Source: Camelus ferus
Lineage: Eukaryota
Reading direction: 5' to 3'
Assembly: GCF_009834535.1 (NCBI RefSeq)
Contig: NC_045697.1
Span: 24,678,001 to 24,742,000, forward strand
DNA: 64,000 bases
Made by a program: the position numbers and the translations under genes. The first letter of the stretch is position 1. Each line of letters starts with the position of its first letter. The notes below the pieces were generated by a model. That model searched no databases and was not told where the DNA came from. It was given only the letters and a program-made list of their open reading frames with translations. Shown here piece after piece: positions 61,021 to 64,000 of this stretch.

Positions 61021-62669
61021 ATGTTTATGCAAAAAAAATCATTTATGAAAAATGGCCAGCAATGTTCACCATAAAACTGAGTCAGTTTCTCTCAAGTTCC
61101 AAATTGTTCCAGATAATTTTACAACCAATTCCATAATAGCAGGATTGACTCATCTACAGTATATAATTTTGAATACATTATTGCTAGTGCCAGTTTGATT
61201 CTTGAATTTAATTCTGCATAACTAGAATCTTTCCAGTTTATACACTTATTATAATAAGAAACAAGAGTCACATGCAATTTTTCTCCTAAGCAAAATATTC
61301 AAATTCAGATAGCATAAAAGCTATGTATATTTTCATATGTAATGGACAGATTTATGTAGACACATATATCTCCATATACACATCTATATATCCAGACAGA
61401 GAGAAAGAAACAAAAAGATGGAAAGAAAGGAACAAAAATAGAGACAGAGTCACCAAAACAGCTATCAGTTCTTGAGCTTTTTTAGTAAAATCATTTTTAT
61501 CCAAAGTAAGCAATGAAATAATTTAGTTGATTAAATAAAAAGTCAGGTAAGCATAAGACTCAAAAAATCTGATTCATATCTGCCTCATTTTCTTTTAATT
61601 AACACATAAATAAACATTCATTTGACAATCTTTTGATATAGGTCCAAGTGTTTTCCTTTGATGTTGAGTCACAAATTAAAGTCCTAGGATATCCTTCACT
61701 TATAAACTATACCCAGAAAACATAATATAAAATTTTGATTTGGATTCCCATGAAGTGGAATGAGAAGTTAAAAAAAAATGAGAAAAATAATTTAATATTA
61801 AATATTTAATATCTTTATATTTTTCAAATATTAATAGTATTTTACACTTTTCCAATATTGACATATTTTAATTTAATTTTTTATTTTAGTGACTGACTTT
61901 CATTACGTATTTCCAAAATATTCAGCCCAGGTTTAAATTAAAATCATAGTTGTTTTCCTTTACTTGTTCATGTTGTACTTATTTACATAAGATTTACCTA
62001 AATGATATATTTACAATGAAAATAAACCAACTGGAATCGACATAAACAGGTACCAAAGATCCTGATCGGCATATTACTCCATGTTTAAGAGCTGAAATAA
62101 TCAGGTATACTGAAGTATGACCTACGGCCGTGAAAATTTAGTTTCAAGGCAGTCCTTCTTCAAAGGAAATGAAGAATCTGAGTTAATTTGGTAAGTCCAT
62201 TCTGTCTCATCCTATTTTAGCTGCATCTATCCTTTATAATTGTGGTTCTTACAGTCTAAGTAGCTACAAAGAGAAATAAGAAAACCCAAGCCCCAACATA
62301 TAAGCACATAAACTTATATTAAAAAAAGATAATTATTCCATAAGTGAACATTCCTGGAAAGCATAGAAAATGGTACAGAAAAAATTCATTACACAGCCTA
62401 GGTCCTTGTAACCTATAAGTAATCAAAGTTTTAAATTATTGGTGTAACTATTAATTTGTGTAATTAAATGCATAATTAAAATATGATCATCAAACATTAA
62501 GATAGCCTAAAAATAAAGGATATAAAATCAGGAAGAATATGTGTTAAAATTTTCCAGTTAAGTAAATAATCAAGAAAAATAGAAAACAACAAAATCACGC
62601 AAAGTACAATTTAGTGGTCAAAAATATGGGCTCTAGATTCAGGCTGTCTGAGTTCAATTCAGGGTTAGA

Positions 62670-63982
62670 AACAAATTAGCTGCAAGCATAAGAAAAAATG
62701 CTCAATTTCAGCAATCATAAAAGAAATGCAAGTCAAAACCACAATAACATATTCTCTCACACCCATTAGGATGGCTACTATCAAAACAAAGCAGTTAGCA
62801 AACAAAAACCAAAAAATAACAAGTGTTGCTGAGAATGTGAAGAAATTGGGATCCTTGTCCACTGTTTGCCAGATTGTAAAATGGTGCAATCACTATGGAA
62901 AAGAGAATACAGATTCCTAAAAAAATTTAAAAATAGAACTGCCACATGATCCAGTAATCTTACTTCTGGGTATAGATGCAAAACAATTGAAAACCGAGTC
63001 TTGAAGAGATACTTGCACACTCATATTCATATCTCCACTATTCACAACAGCTAAGAAGTAAAACTAACCCAAGTGTCCAGAGACAGATAAATGGATAAAC
63101 AACATTTGCTATACACATACTGTTGGAGGAGGAGGACTTTCCCTCTTCCCTTTTATGTTCTTTGCTTGGGGGGGAGGGTGGTCTGCAAATTAAACTGGCA
63201 AAAGACAGATTAGCATGAGAAAATATAGATGCTTTTCATGTACATACACAGGAGTTCACAGAAAAATGTGGCTCAAGAAGAATTGGTTAGAATTTGGGAC
63301 TTATATAGCTTCTTAATAGGGTAAAAGGAGGTGGAGAAAGGCACTTATGGGAAAACAAATGGCTTTTAGAAAAGATAAATGGGCTCTTAGGAAAACAGAT
63401 GGAGATAACAATAGTTTTGTTACCATGTCTGGTTAGATTTGATGCTGACTTCTCTCTAGTGATGAGTCAATCTTTCCAGGTACAGAAACTCCCAAGAAGA
63501 TTTGTAACAACTGACTTCTTTTGAGAGATTCCGTTTTTAAGAAGATAAGGTGGTTTTAAAAATCCCACTTAAAGTGCCTTCAGAGAAAAATAATTCTTAT
63601 GCCACGGTGGTGTCTTTCAGGCCAGTCCAAACATTATTATTCAGCCTTAAAAAGGAAGAAAATCCTACTGCATGATACAACATGGGTGAATCTTGAGAAC
63701 ATGCGAAGTGAAATAAGCCAGTCACAAAAAATAAATAGGAGGCTACTTAAATGAGGTCAAATTTATAGCAACAGAAAGTAGAATGGTGGTTACAAGGGTC
63801 TGAGGAGACAGGGGGAAAAAGGGGGAGGTGTTATTTGATGGGTATAGTCTTTCTGTTCTGCACAATGAAGAATTTCTAGAGGTTTGTTTCACAACAATGT
63901 GAATATACTTAACACTATTGTACACTTAACAATGGTTAAAGTAGTAAAAATTTTGTGTTTTTGTTTGCCACAATTAAAAAAA
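62670..63982 (+). mobile_element. L1MA/MB-type 3' end, split by an LTR
   Basis: Degenerate ORF2 C-terminus (EMQVKTTITYSLTPIRMATIK) and 3' UTR (tattcagccttaaaaagg, acagaaagtagaatggtggtt), with A-tail at about 63976. Confidence 0.88.
63121..63625 (-). mobile_element. MER34/MER39-like ERV1 LTR nested in L1
   Basis: Starts TGT right after the L1 sequence acatac. Ends gccttcagagaaaaataattcttatgcca..., the antisense of the recalled MER34-group 5' end. L1 resumes at about 63633. Confidence 0.7.
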
Positions 63983-64000
63983 CTAAACTTTATCAGCTAG

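Noticed and set aside
1..64000. Remaining 60-120 aa ORFs as genes or a multi-gene system
   Set aside because: Many have non-ATG starts, lie in repeats or microsatellites, or are low-complexity. Their number and size look like chance ORFs, and I recognise no domain or exon chain.

Overview
This is AT-rich, CpG-depleted mammalian non-coding DNA, either intergenic or deep intron. It is most likely camelid (alpaca or camel), inferred from two tRNA-Ala-derived SINEs of the Vic-1 type and cetartiodactyl-type L1 3' ends. I can support no host protein-coding gene. The only ORFs with recognisable protein are broken pieces of L1 ORF2 (48.2-50.1 kb, minus strand). The rest is a layered record of old and young transposable elements: L2, MIR, L1M, MaLR/ERVL LTRs, MER58, two ERV1-type solo LTRs with exact 4-bp target-site duplications (TSDs), young L1s and SINEs, plus microsatellites and local duplications. 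Repeat family names come from my recall of consensus sequences, not from a database search. The best candidates for a second look are: a perfect RFX X-box beside a forkhead motif (16.65 kb); a young solo LTR pointing into a possible spliced transcript (34.6-35.35 kb); a tail-less L1 that still has a TSD (48.1-50.1 kb); and an inverted ~70-bp duplication inside an old L1 (37.1/37.6 kb). I find no convincing evidence of a new multi-gene system.
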